This document shows positions 40,681 through 51,350 of a stretch of DNA of 64,000 nucleotides, in pieces; the first letter of the stretch is position 1; every line of letters starts with the position of its first letter. The stretch is taken from assembly GCA_963664015.2 (NCBI GenBank), contig CAXXLF010000002.1, positions 864,001 through 928,000 on the forward strand. The letters run 5' to 3'. The notes under the pieces are model-generated. The model had not been told where the DNA came from. It saw only the letters and a program-made list of their open reading frames with translations, and did not search any database. Source of the stretch: Candidatus Binatia bacterium (GTDB taxonomy: Bacteria > Desulfobacterota > Binatia > UBA9968 > CAXXLF01). The translations under genes were made by a program, and so were the position numbers.

Positions 40681-42456
40681 CTAGCTGGATCCACCCTCAA
40701 GCCGCTGAAGCCCAAACTTCGAGCTCACCCGTCGGGCGACCAGCGCCAGAGCAACCGATATGAGAACAATAAACAGGCTGATGATCCCCGCTTCTTCCAG
40801 CTTCGCCCCCTGTTCGTCTGTCATGAACTCCAGCGCCAGGATCGACAATGTCAACGTTTCTTGAGTTGCCAGCAAAATTATACTGGAGGTAGTGTTCGCT
40901 GCCAGGACGAAGTTGAAGATTCCTATCATGATCATGATTGGTAGCAGCAGCGGCAACCATATCTTCAGGTAGGTACGGACCCATCCAGCACCGCAAACGC
41001 GCGCTGACTCCTCCATATCGGCACCCAACTGGAGCATTACTCCTTTAGTCATCTGTGTGCTGAGTAATTTTCCCTGCAAAACAACCACCAACATGAGTGC
41101 ATAGATGGTACCGTAGATCATCGTTAGGAATGGGGTATTCAGGAACAGGGCCACCAGGGCAAGGCCCGCAACCATGCCTGGGATAGCACTGGAGACCCAG
41201 AAGATGGAATCAAGGATCCCTTTTCCGGGCCAATTCGTACGCACCAGGACGTAAGCCACCAGCGAAAAGATAATTGGCGATAGTATCCCCGTGGCACTTG
41301 CCAGGATCAGAGTCGTTTGCAACGCCCGTAGGAATCCCGGGTCTACGAGGATTATTGCCCAGTGATGTAGGGTGAACATAGGCGTTGCATCAAAGAAGCC
41401 CACACGGGTCATAAAGCTGCCACCCAGCAGAGTTAGGACGGGTATAACTGTCAGCATCGCCAGCAAGATCACAACGCCCGTGAAAACAAAAGGTCTGGCT
41501 TTCCCCAAATCAATTAAGCCGTACTTGTATTGCCCCGTTATTGTAGTGAATCGCCGCCCTCCGGTAAGCCACCGCTGCACCGGAATGACAATTAACAACA
41601 CCGCCATGGTCATAATACCCAGCGCGGATGCCGCTCCGTAGGCCGGTGGCTCGAAGAACCTGATGAAGTCGAAAATCCGCGTGGAGTAAATAAAAAAACC
41701 GAAGGGTTTCCCCAGAATCTGCTCGATATCGAAGGACTGGAACATGCGCACCAACATCAACATGAAGACCAGCACCATGGGCGGGGTCATCAAGGGCAAC
41801 GTGATCCGAAACGCAGTTCCCATCTTTGAAGCCCCCGAAATCCTCCCGGCTTCTTCAAAAGTGACGTCCATGTTTCGAAAGGCTGGGGTCAGGAGCATGA
41901 CGCTCTGGGAAATGGCGTTTGCCATCAGATGGGCGAAGATAATGCCCGAGAGACTATAGATATTGAAGATGGGCTCGTTGATGAATGGCACCCAACGCAT
42001 CAAGGCGATGTTCAGCATGCCCACGGTATCATCCAGGAGGAACGTCCAGCCGATGGTAACGGACAGGGTAGGCATCATGAAGGATATCCAAAACCCAAAC
42101 TCAAGGTTCCTACTGTAGGGAATATTCGTTCGAGCAAGAGTCCATGCGATGAGCACAGACGTGGGGTACCCTATAGCCATGTAGAGTGTGAATACCCAGA
42201 TACTGTTGCCCAGGGCCCCAATGATGCGGGGATCAGAAAAAGCCATCTGCCAGTTGGCAAGGGTCCACTGGGCAGCCTGGCCGAAGGGCGCACTGTTGAA
42301 GCTCTGGAGGACAATCAGTGCAAGCGGGTAGAATACCCAAGCACCAAAGATAAAAATCAACATAGCCATCACAAGGATGCCCGTGTGATCGCCCATGCGG
42401 GAAAGCAGAGAGCGCTTCTGGACAGAAACCAAAGGTGGTGCGATTGGGACTGACAT
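40681..42456 (-). CDS. ABC transporter permease (FbpB-type, two fused TM domains)
   Basis: Two EAA-like loops (FEEAGRISGA, MEESARVCGA); about 12 TM. Confidence 0.92.
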   Translation of the reverse strand: MSVPIAPPLVSVQKRSLLSRMGDHTGILVMAMLIFIFGAWVFYPLALIVLQSFNSAPFGQAAQWTLANWQMAFSDPRIIGALGNSIWVFTLYMAIGYPTSVLIAWTLARTNIPYSRNLEFGFWISFMMPTLSVTIGWTFLLDDTVGMLNIALMRWVPFINEPIFNIYSLSGIIFAHLMANAISQSVMLLTPAFRNMDVTFEEAGRISGASKMGTAFRITLPLMTPPMVLVFMLMLVRMFQSFDIEQILGKPFGFFIYSTRIFDFIRFFEPPAYGAASALGIMTMAVLLIVIPVQRWLTGGRRFTTITGQYKYGLIDLGKARPFVFTGVVILLAMLTVIPVLTLLGGSFMTRVGFFDATPMFTLHHWAIILVDPGFLRALQTTLILASATGILSPIIFSLVAYVLVRTNWPGKGILDSIFWVSSAIPGMVAGLALVALFLNTPFLTMIYGTIYALMLVVVLQGKLLSTQMTKGVMLQLGADMEESARVCGAGWVRTYLKIWLPLLLPIMIMIGIFNFVLAANTTSSIILLATQETLTLSILALEFMTDEQGAKLEEAGIISLFIVLISVALALVARRVSSKFGLQRLEGGSS

Positions 42457-42822
42457 GGTTATTTACTTCCAATACCGCAAAAAGTAGCTAAAGTGAAGAA
42501 GGAAAGGCATAGTGAACGGGCGGGGTCACGGACGGCGTCAGGCTTGCCTTATTGCCATTTGCAACCTCAGGCACGGTCAATCCCTGATCTCCTTTAGTCC
42601 CGCACAACAAACAAAAGGCACCGGCGGCTTGGTACCTGGTCCCGGTGCTATCTCTCGAAGAAGTCGCCTGTAGATAGGTAAAAATACGTGCTATAGCTGC
42701 GTTGTGTTTTTCCTAGGCAGTAAGTTACTCCTCTGGCGGTTGGCTGTCAACGACCCTTCCAATGGAACCGAAACGATTAAGGAACCCGCTAAAGATCCAA
42801 GAGCAGGCTTGATCCTCCGTCT

Positions 42823-43350
42823 CTACCCGTTTGTACGCTCCGATGCCTGCTGCGTGTAAAGATCAGGATCGCTATACCCCATCCGTTCCGCCTTCTTATG
42901 GCCTACCATCACCTGGAGGAAGACAGGCTCGACTCCATCATTTTTAAAGCCGTGAATGACGCCGGCCGGGCTGGAAACGCAATCCCATGGGCCGAGATTG
43001 AGCTCGAGGTGCCGACCGTCTTCCTCCTCGAAAAACACCATCAGATTTCCCTTCAGGACAAAGAAAACTTCCTCAACCGGATGCGTGTGAGGGGCATTCC
43101 CTTCACCGGGAGGCACATACATGATGGACATCCTCGTCCCCCCAGCCGGAATAAATTTTATTTCCGGCTTGCCGAGGGTTTCCCCGATGTATCGGTATTG
43201 AGCCCGGCGGTAGCCGTCAATCTTCGAGTCTTCGAAAACGTTCCAGTCGGGCTTAATCTCTGCGAAGCGCATTGTGTAGCCCTGAGCAATCTCGTCGAGA
43301 CTCATGTTAACCACATCTGGATGCCGTGGATGCCGGGCGACCTTACTCAT
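42823..43350 (-). CDS. Cupin domain protein
   Basis: PPGEGNAPHTHPVEEVFFVL, PAGVIHGFKN. Confidence 0.88.
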   Translation of the reverse strand: MSKVARHPRHPDVVNMSLDEIAQGYTMRFAEIKPDWNVFEDSKIDGYRRAQYRYIGETLGKPEIKFIPAGGTRMSIMYVPPGEGNAPHTHPVEEVFFVLKGNLMVFFEEEDGRHLELNLGPWDCVSSPAGVIHGFKNDGVEPVFLQVMVGHKKAERMGYSDPDLYTQQASERTNG

Positions 43351-43544
43351 GTCTTCCTCCTTGATCTGGTTATGTATATCCGTATTGCTTATCAGGGCCA
43401 GCGTTACCTTATGACCATTCTTGCCTTTCGGCCGTCAAATAACAGCACGCGCCCCCCTGCTGGGAATCATTTACCACCGCCTTGGAAGAAAAACAAAAGG
43501 CATTGGCAGTTTGGTTGTCTATTCCAGAAAGGCTTGGCTTGCCA

Positions 43545-43730
43545 GACGGAACCTTCATTTTCTCCGTCAGACATTTGCGAGTTTGTTAATAGCTCAGGGA
43601 GAGAGCCTTGCATACGTGAAGGACCAGATGGGACATAGCAGCATCGAGGTAACCGTGGATATCTACGGACATCTAGTCCCCGGCGCGAACAGGCAGGCGG
43701 TGAACAGGTTGGATGACGCTATGCCTGAAT
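43545..43730 (+). pseudogene. Tyrosine recombinase/integrase C-terminal remnant
   Basis: LHFLRQTFASLLIAQGESLAYVKDQMGHSSIEVTVDIYGHLVPG: degenerate HxxR, GH and catalytic Tyr; points at the tRNA 3' end. Confidence 0.85.
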
Positions 43731-43816
43731 CGGACGAACAAAAAGCGTATGAAAACAAAGTGGAAACATCTAACAGTTTGGACGAGAGAGAGAAGACGCA
43801 AGTTATTGAAAATGAA

Positions 43817-43892
<76 letters not shown>

Positions 43893-43941
43893 TAAGGGAG
43901 GAATATTCAGGACTTACCTTAATGACCGGGGAGTCTGATGC

Positions 43942-44373
43942 TTACGATTCAAGGCTACGAATCTTCCCCTCTATGAATGCCTTTGCTTTCTCAGCGTCGT
44001 TTTTCTTCAGGCCCTTTACAACCAAGTTACTAGAGCCGCCCTTATTGATTACTTCAAGATCTGCGGAAAATACTTGGCGGATAATGTTCACCGGTGCGAT
44101 GGGGTGATATGGAAGAGTCATCTTGGTGCGCTTTAGTCCCTCAATGCCCTCACCCTCGACGCAATCCTCCTTGACTACAAGCTCCTGTTTCATTGAAGTA
44201 GAGCATGGAAAATTGACCGATGAAAGAACCAATCAGCCCGATGGCAAGAAAGAGTGTCAGGGGGCTGGTCTTACCGAGGACAACGTTCTTACTAGCTAAA
44301 AAACCGGCTAGAAGGCCAAACACGATGGTCGCCAGCAGATTATCTTGAAAATAGATCAGTACGTCTGGGCCAT
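43942..44373 (-). pseudogene. Degraded small membrane protein joined to an unrelated fragment
   Basis: Hydrophobic frame DVLIYFQDNLLATIVFGLLAGFLASK...LFLAIGLIGSFIGQF is out of frame with ATG 44373, then switches to MKQELVVKED...KIRSLES. Confidence 0.4.
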
Positions 44374-44390
44374 TTTACTTTGCCTTTAGA

Positions 44391-45023
44391 TTATTCTTTT
44401 AGTGCCCTGAGGATCTCCTGAGTCGCCTGCCGGGGTCTGGGTGATGCGATAATGGCTGAAATCAACGCCACCTCCCTGAGACCGACCTGCTTTATTTCAG
44501 CGATCTTCTGAGCCTCAAATCCACCTATAGGATAAACCCGAACCGAAACTTTTTCCACCACTTTTTTAAGCTGTTCCAGGCCCTGGGGACTTCCATACGC
44601 CATTTTCGAAGGGGTAAAGTAGATCGGCCCGAATACCAAAAAGTCCGCCCCCATTTTTTCCGCCTCCTGGGCGGCTTCCAAGGAGTGGACGGATACCCCA
44701 ATGCTCCTTTTTGCTCCAATAAGTCCACGGGTGACCGGTATGGGCATCGAACTACCAGCTAGATGGACCCCGTCTGCCCCCACCGCCAAGGCCACATCGA
44801 TTCGATCATTGATAAACAGACTGGCATGCCACCGGGTACAGAGGGCCTTGACCTTCTCGGCCAAAAGATAGAGTTCCCGACCGGCGAGATCTTTCTCTCG
44901 GAGCTGAATTGCCCGGACCCCACCCTCAAGAGCCTCCTCGATTACCCAGAGGAGTCCCTTGCTCCCGGCTAAATGCCGATCGGTAATTAGGTAGAGATCG
45001 AAATCCGGCCTGTGCAGCGACAA
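44391..45023 (-). CDS. thiE: Thiamine-phosphate synthase
   Basis: LYLITD, QLREKDL, INDRIDVA, DGVHL, GVSVHS, GPIYFTPSK. Confidence 0.93.
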   Translation of the reverse strand: MSLHRPDFDLYLITDRHLAGSKGLLWVIEEALEGGVRAIQLREKDLAGRELYLLAEKVKALCTRWHASLFINDRIDVALAVGADGVHLAGSSMPIPVTRGLIGAKRSIGVSVHSLEAAQEAEKMGADFLVFGPIYFTPSKMAYGSPQGLEQLKKVVEKVSVRVYPIGGFEAQKIAEIKQVGLREVALISAIIASPRPRQATQEILRALKE

Positions 45024-45027
45024 TGGA

Positions 45028-45801
45028 CTAAACCGAAAGACCCTCGATGGGGCTGGACGCAGTAGCGTAGAGTTTCTTTGGAATACGACCGGCCTTGAAG
45101 GCCCTACGACCGGCCTCGATGGCGAGTTTCATTGCCTCTGCCATGAGGATCGGGTCTCGAGCACCGGCTATGGCCGTGTTCATTAAGACACCGTCGCATC
45201 CCATTTCCATGACAATCGAGGCGTCCGATGCAGTCCCCACACCGGCATCTACAATCACCGGGACCGTGGCCTGGCCCAGGATAATCTGAATGTTATAAGG
45301 GTTTCGAACCCCAAGCCCGGAGCCAATGGGTGCGGCCAAAGGCATGACTGCAGCGCATCCCATCTCTTGAAGCTTTTTGGCCGAAACCGGATCGTCAGTG
45401 ATATAGGGCAAGACAACGAATCCCTCTTTGATGAGAATTTGAGCGGCCTCGAGTGTTGCCAGCATATCCGGGAAGAGGTTCTTGGCATCCCCAATTACCT
45501 CGAGCTTGACCACGGAACCCACCCCGGCCTCGCGGGCTATGCGACAGGTCCGAACGGCTTCGTCCGCGGTGGTGCAACCTGCCGTATTGGGCAGGATCGT
45601 ATATTTTTTTGGATCTATATAGTCGAGGAGATTTTCCTTGTTTGGGTCCGTGATGTTGACCCGACGAACTGCAACGGTAACAATCTCGGCCCCTGAGGCC
45701 TCGATGGCCTTCCGCGTCTCGTTAAAGTCCTTGTATTTACCGGTCCCGACAATTAGACGGGAACGGTAGCTCCTGTCGCCTAGTTTAAAAACGTCCTCCA
45801 T
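45028..45801 (-). CDS. thiG: Thiazole synthase
   Basis: [42 protein letters not shown]. Confidence 0.97.
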   Translation of the reverse strand: MEDVFKLGDRSYRSRLIVGTGKYKDFNETRKAIEASGAEIVTVAVRRVNITDPNKENLLDYIDPKKYTILPNTAGCTTADEAVRTCRIAREAGVGSVVKLEVIGDAKNLFPDMLATLEAAQILIKEGFVVLPYITDDPVSAKKLQEMGCAAVMPLAAPIGSGLGVRNPYNIQIILGQATVPVIVDAGVGTASDASIVMEMGCDGVLMNTAIAGARDPILMAEAMKLAIEAGRRAFKAGRIPKKLYATASSPIEGLSV

Positions 45802-45882
45802 AGCCTTCCTTACTTTCCCCCGTGGAATAATTGCTCGACCGAGACTGAAATAATCGGACCATGATATGATTCCACCGGGTGG

Positions 45883-46083
45883 TTATCCTCCTCCCACGAA
45901 TTGAATGATCTCCACCTTGTCCCCATCCTGCAGCACCGTGGTTTCATGGGCATCGCGGGAGAGGACGTTCAAGTTTAACTCAACGACCACCCGGCCGGCA
46001 CGAATCCCGAACTCATCGAGCAGCTGGGTCACATTGAGCCCCGCTCCGATCTCCCTTGCTTCTCCGTTAATTTGAACAACCAC
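45883..46083 (-). CDS. thiS: Sulfur carrier protein ThiS
   Basis: 66 aa ubiquitin-like protein ending FVGGG. Confidence 0.95.
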   Translation of the reverse strand: MVVQINGEAREIGAGLNVTQLLDEFGIRAGRVVVELNLNVLSRDAHETTVLQDGDKVEIIQFVGGG

Positions 46084-46167
46084 TTTAAATACGAAAAACC
46101 GTACCCAACCGGACCACCTAAAGAGATGGGGCCAGAGAATACGGTCCTGAGTTCGTCCTCGCTAAGT

Positions 46168-46265
46168 GCGCTTCCCTCCGCCGGCACTAACCGGATCAGG
46201 TTCAAAGGGTTACCCAACAACACCGTGTCGGGCTCTCAGTTCGCACGGAACGAACACCCCTAGCT
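46168..46265 (-). ncRNA. TPP riboswitch
   Basis: Reverse complement GGGGTG...CTGAGA...ACCCTTTGAACCTGATCCGGTTAGTGCCGGCGGAGGGAA upstream of thiS. Confidence 0.93.
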
Positions 46266-46306
46266 ATGAGGCAACCTACCAGACGGCCCAGAGCAAGTCA
46301 ATCTAG

Positions 46307-47156
46307 CTAGCGTTCCACCGCGATGCTGGCGTAGCCGACGACCTCGTCCATGGGTGCTACATCTCCCGAATGACGGTGTTTAAGGAGGTGCCCCTGCTTG
46401 GCACCCAGTTCCCGAGCGGCAAAGAGCATCACCGCCGCAGGAATCACTCCGCACATACTGATTCGCTCCCGGCCCACAGTAGTCAGCAAACCGACCGGAT
46501 CTAGATCGACAAGCCGAGCCAACGCCATGCCATCGAGCTTTTCCGTTTCTCGGGGACTCAGGTAATGGTTGAGATCGCTGCTTGCGATAAGAAACGGCTT
46601 TTCCCCCTCCAGTGCCCCCCCCCTTCCCGTAAAGCGAAGCCAGGGTACGGCCCAGTTGACAGCACTCTTCTTGGGAGAGAAAGGATAGAGAGATTGGCAG
46701 GATGGTAAAGCTTCGGAGCTCGCGTTGAAGAAACGGTAACTGAACTTCTATGCTGTGTTCTTCACGAAGTGGCGCCTCATCGTCCGCCAAGAAATCGACC
46801 CGACCCTTCAGATGACCGGCCAAACCCTGCTCAACTTGAACGCGGCCCAAGGGAGTCTCCCAAGCCGATGCCGGACTGACCGAGGCCCTAGCGCTGGATC
46901 CTTGGTGATTCACTCCCAGAAGAATTACACAATCGACATCGGTCTCCAACCGCGAATAAAAATGCGCCGCGCAAGGCCCCGAGTAGACATAGCCTGCGTG
47001 CGGGACCATACCGCCCAAAAGCTTGGAGGAGGGCAGGCCGACCCCTTGGGGACCCAAAGGATGGCCCTGAAAGCATTCCCGCAACCGTTGGAGAAGTTCA
47101 TCGGGATCTGCCGGGTAAAAGGAACCGGCAAAAGCCGGGGGTCTGACATGCGTCAT
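46307..47156 (-). pseudogene. amrB: AmmeMemoRadiSam system protein B (MEMO1 family), frameshifted in a G9 run
   Basis: RPPAFAGSFYP, PHAGYVYSG, EHSIEVQLPFLQ; IASSDLNHY, SMCG and VVGYAS lie in another frame after 46615-46623. Confidence 0.88.
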
Positions 47157-47161
47157 GACAA

Positions 47162-48106
47162 TCAGGGTGCGGCGATCTCAACCTGCAGGGCACCAATTCC
47201 TTGGACCTCTGCTTCCACTCTGTCCCCAATCTTGAGAAAGATCGGAGGGGTTCGGGCGAAGCCAACACCCGACGGTGTGCCCGTGCTGATAATGTCTCCC
47301 GGCTCCAACGTCACACCCTTGGAAAGCTCGTGAATAGTCGTGGGGATATCGAAGATCATATCTCCAGTGCTGGCATCCTGCATCACTTCCCCGTTGAGCC
47401 TGCATTGGAGCCGCAGATTATGGGGATTGGGAATCAGGCTTTTATGCACGATCCACGGGCCCAAAGGACAAAAGGTATCCAGCGATTTCCCTTTGAACCA
47501 CTGCCCGTGGCTACGTTGCAGGTCACGGGCAGTCATATCCAGGCAGACGGTGTAGCCAAAAACAAATTCATAGGCCTTTTCTTTTGGGATGTCTCTTCCT
47601 CTGCGCCCTATAACAAAGGCTCACTCGGCCTCATAATCGAGACGTTGCGTCGCAGCGTGATGGATGACCTTTCCAAGATGGCCAATGACCGAAGTCGCGG
47701 GTTTGGTAAAAAAGATAGGGGCCTCCGGGGTCTTGAGCTCGACTGCCCTTGCCCGAGCCCCTTCGACAATGTGCTCCTGGTAGTTGACTCCCAGAAGGAC
47801 AACGTTTTTCCTGGGTTGGGGGATCGGAGCATGGAGCTTGGTCCTCGTCAGATTCAGTACCACTCCCCCGTGACGGAGCCTCTTCAATCCCTCAGGCTTC
47901 TGCCCTTCAACGTACTTAAGAACCCTCCTGGCCGCAGTCAGGCCTTTGCCCCCCGCTTCGATTAGAGCCAGCATGTCGCGAACGTACGGGGGCTCACCGG
48001 CCTTGAGAAAGCGCCGATGCACCTCGGCGAAATCAATCACTTGATCACCAGAGCCCAACAGGCCCAATCGAACTTGCTTCTTTCGTATAAAGCTGACTAA
48101 ACGCAT
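47162..48106 (-). pseudogene. Fumarylacetoacetate hydrolase family protein with an in-frame TGA
   Basis: GVNYQEH, FTKP, DYEAE*(47621-47623)AFVIG, DMTARDLQ, GKSLDTFCPLGPW, TGTPSGVG, all in one frame. Confidence 0.9.
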
Positions 48107-48242
48107 AGGACCCCCTCCATGGCATCCAGCTATAAAAAACACTCCCTTACTAAGTCAAGAAACGAATGGGTCCAGGCCGCCCAGTGTGCAAGACAAATGG
48201 GATAATTGCATGAAGCCTCGCTCAATGCTAATTTAGCTCCAG

Positions 48243-48470
48243 ATGAGGAAGAAATCTCAAAGGCATACCACCATGAAAGTGGGGGATCGGATTCTTGTCC
48301 CAAGGCCGATCCGTAAGGAAGTCTTCACCATTGTAAGAGTGGAAATCCCCCACAGTAGTGAGCGGGTCTTCGTCACGAAATCGGGAGGCGATTTCACCAT
48401 CGGTTTGAAGCTATGGAAAACGGATTACGCTTGGAATGAAGCAAACAAAATTTGGACTCCCAAGCGCTAA
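48243..48470 (+). CDS. Small hypothetical protein
   Basis: 75-aa ORF between FAH and holA (MKVGDRILV...); no family recognised. Confidence 0.4.
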   Translation: MRKKSQRHTTMKVGDRILVPRPIRKEVFTIVRVEIPHSSERVFVTKSGGDFTIGLKLWKTDYAWNEANKIWTPKR

Positions 48471-48598
48471 GCTATTGCAATGGGAGCCGCGCCACTAAAA
48501 ACTTCTTTACCAACCGATCTTAAATTGTGTGTTGACTCGTTAACCCCGGTGAAGCAACCCGCAAAGATCTCGGCCATCGGTTAAAAACCCAGCCGGCC

Positions 48599-49933
48599 AT
48601 GAAACGGACACTCAAAGATTTCTTAACTGAGATCGAAAAAGGGACAGCCCCCTCTCTCATCCTGTTACACGGTGATGACTACCATGTGCACGAGACGAGC
48701 AGAAGTCTGCTCGGCGCCCTCGTACCCGAGGACCAGCGTGCATTCAACTTCGAGCGATTCGACGGCCGGACCGCATCCTGGGATCAGATCGAGTCGAGCT
48801 TCCGCACCCCTCCCCTCCTCCCGGGCACAAAAACTATTTTTATAGAAAATGCCCCGTATTTTTTGTCCCGAGAACGCAATGGAGAGCTAGCTAAAAAGGT
48901 ACAGCAGCTCTGGTCTGAAGAAAAAAAGGACGAAGCAGCACGGCTCTTCCTCGATCTCATGGCGCAGGAAGGGTGGACTCCAAATTCAAGTGATCGTGAT
49001 CGCCCACGGCCGTCCGGTCCTGGGGCGAAGCCCTCCGCCCGTGGGAACGGAAAAGGAAAAGAAAGTCCCGGCGAGATGGACGATATCCTTGCCTACTGCC
49101 TCAGCCGAGGCATGGATCCCGCCAAGCACCGAACCGCACAGGATCACAGGCTGCTCGATCTGCTCGAGGAAGGGTTACCTTCCTGGGTGGTCCTTCTCAT
49201 ATCTGCCCCCCACGTGGACAAGAGGACCCGCCTCTACCGCAGAGTGGAACAGGAGGGGTCTGTCTTGGACCTGAGCTTAGAGCGAGAGAGAAGCGGCAGG
49301 ATCAAGAAGGAAAGCCTTGCTGACTTCCTCGATCGCCAGATCCGGGGATCGGGCAAGAGGATCGAGCCCAAGGCCCGGAATCTGCTCATGGCACGGGCTG
49401 GTGATGAGCTATGGGGGGTGCACCAGGAGATTGAAAAACTGCTGCTCTACGTGGGCGAACAGCCGTGGATTCGTGCCGCCGACGTCGAAGAGGTTTTTTC
49501 CGATCAGGCGGAGGCATGGATATTTGATCTGACCACTGCCGTCTCCCAGCGAGACACCTTAAGAGCAATAAGCAACCTGGCGCGGTTGTTATTCCAAGGG
49601 GAACCGGCATTAAAAATCCTCGGGACCGTGGCTAGCGACGTCAGAAGGCTGCTAACGGCGCGACAGTTCATCGACGGGGAACTCCACGGCCGATGGAAAG
49701 GCGACATGACCTTTCAGGAATTCCAGCGGACCGTGCTTCCCAAGGGTGCTCCGGTCATCACCCAGAACGCTTATGCCGATTATATGAGTTTCCAAAGAGC
49801 ATCAATTTTCACATCTCGGGATCTGGTTCGCTTCCTCCGGATGATTTATCAAACCGACATAAGACTCAAATCTACCGGCAAACAACCACGCATGCTTATG
49901 GAACAGTTAATTTTAGAGATGTGCCAGAGTTAG
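48599..49933 (+). CDS. holA: DNA polymerase III subunit delta
   Basis: LILLHGDD, AFNFERFDG, DKRTRLY, QEIEKLLLYVG, IFDLT.AV, D..LKSTG...LMEQLILEMC. Confidence 0.85.
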   Translation: MKRTLKDFLTEIEKGTAPSLILLHGDDYHVHETSRSLLGALVPEDQRAFNFERFDGRTASWDQIESSFRTPPLLPGTKTIFIENAPYFLSRERNGELAKKVQQLWSEEKKDEAARLFLDLMAQEGWTPNSSDRDRPRPSGPGAKPSARGNGKGKESPGEMDDILAYCLSRGMDPAKHRTAQDHRLLDLLEEGLPSWVVLLISAPHVDKRTRLYRRVEQEGSVLDLSLERERSGRIKKESLADFLDRQIRGSGKRIEPKARNLLMARAGDELWGVHQEIEKLLLYVGEQPWIRAADVEEVFSDQAEAWIFDLTTAVSQRDTLRAISNLARLLFQGEPALKILGTVASDVRRLLTARQFIDGELHGRWKGDMTFQEFQRTVLPKGAPVITQNAYADYMSFQRASIFTSRDLVRFLRMIYQTDIRLKSTGKQPRMLMEQLILEMCQS

Positions 49934-49937
49934 GTCA

Positions 49938-50516
49938 ATGAAAATACCCAGTAGGACAAAACCGAGAGATAGAGTTAGCCCGCGAAGGGTCTTTGGGCTC
50001 ATTCTGCTCCTCGGCCTCTGCCACCCCCTAGGGGAGCCTTCCCGCGGATGGGCCGAGATGGTGGTCCAGGCCTGTTTCAGTCCTGCGGGAAAATGCTCCA
50101 ATCACATCATTCGCGAGCTTGAGGAAGCCCAAAAGGAAATACTCGTGACGGTTTTCGCCTTTACCAGCAGCGACATAGCCCGGGCTCTGGTACGGGCTAA
50201 GCGGCGCGGGGTCAAGGTTCAAGTCGTGTTGGACCGGGAGTTCGATAGCAACGACTATTCCCAAGGCTCATTCTTGAAGAAGAAGGGGCTCAACGTCCGC
50301 CGTGTCAGCGGACTGAGCCAAGGGGAGGACCGGCACGGCTCCATGCACCAGAAATTCGCGGGCATCGACGGTCGGGTGGTTCTGACCGGCTAGTACAATT
50401 GGACCGCATCGACGGAGAACTACAACGCGGAGAATCTTCTCCTGTTCTGTGACGCCGGACTCTTGGCAGAAGAGTACCGCAGTCAGTTTTACCGCCTGTG
50501 GGAAAAAGGCCGATGA
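49938..50516 (+). pseudogene. Secreted phospholipase D-family (Nuc-like) nuclease with an in-frame TAG
   Basis: FSPAG, FAFTS.DIARAL, MHQKFAGIDGRVVLTG*(50391-50393)YNWT...NAENLL; the Ser of GSxN is replaced by a stop. Confidence 0.88.
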
Positions 50517-50930
50517 AGGTCCTCAGCCTAAAGACCTTACTCATGGTTAGTTTTGCATACCTGGAAGGATTCCTATCCCACCTCCTGATCCAGGAATCCT
50601 TCCGACCTAGCGACACCGCCGGTGCTAAACGCAGCAGACCTGAAAAAGATCATGACCCTGGCCGGCGTCCGTGCCCGGGTCCGCGGCCGAATCTACCAAG
50701 TGGGGCATTCGAAAAAAAGCAACACCTACTTACACAATTCTGGCCCGTCCCGTTCCGCCTTTACTGGGGTGGTCTTTGCCTCGGCCCTTGAGCATTTCGA
50801 GCACCGGTCAATCAGCCTGACGAGCTATCAAGGTCGCGAGGTCGGACTGATCGGTAAAATCCTAAAGCATTCCAAATTCGGACTGGAAATGGTCCGGGAA
50901 GACCCCTCACAAATCCAACCACTCGATTAA
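50513..50930 (+). pseudogene. Secreted OB-fold-like protein, apparently frameshifted
   Basis: ATG overlaps the PLD stop; signal-like MKVLSLKTLL in one frame, VRGRIYQVGHSKKSNTYL...FTGVVF...YQGREV...G.I....G.EM in another. Confidence 0.5.
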
Positions 50931-51107
50931 TCATTGGATTTTTTTAAGGTTGTGGCGAAGCTCCGTTTTGGGGTAAAATCATTAAATGGAAGGTGCGAAA
51001 ACAAATGCATGCTTTGTGCTAAGCTCACAGATCTCAGGAGCGGCAAATGCGAACCATGCCAGGAGCGAATCCGGCGTGAAGCCCGTGGGGAACGGGTCGA
51101 GACCAGG

Positions 51108-51258
51108 ATGAAGCCTCCACGGGCTTACGCCCGTGGGATCCTTCCTTGTCTTCGGCGAATTCCGCCGACGCACCCTCCTAGCTTTTCGAGCTTCGGAGGG
51201 TCCGTCCATCGCATTCATCCATGAGCGTACGCCCATGGCCTTCTGCGAAGGCGAATAA
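51108..51258. mobile_element. Palindromic miniature element (REP/PATE-like), copy 2
   Basis: ATGAAGCCTCCACGGGCTTACGCCCGTGG...TTCGGCGAATTCCGCCGA...CCATGAGCGTACGCCCATGG CCTTCTGCGAAGGCGAATAA. Confidence 0.7.
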
Positions 51259-51350
51259 AGGCTGACAAAAAATTAAAAAGACATGGAGTCGTACCGGACG
51301 GAGGGAAGGAGTCCAGATAGGAAAAGAGAAACTTGCCGAATCGGAGCCAT

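Noticed and set aside
47621-47623. In-frame TGA in the FAH gene as selenocysteine, tempting given senB
   Set aside because: It falls at the conserved Leu of DYExEL, not at a Cys position; a simple nonsense mutation is more likely.
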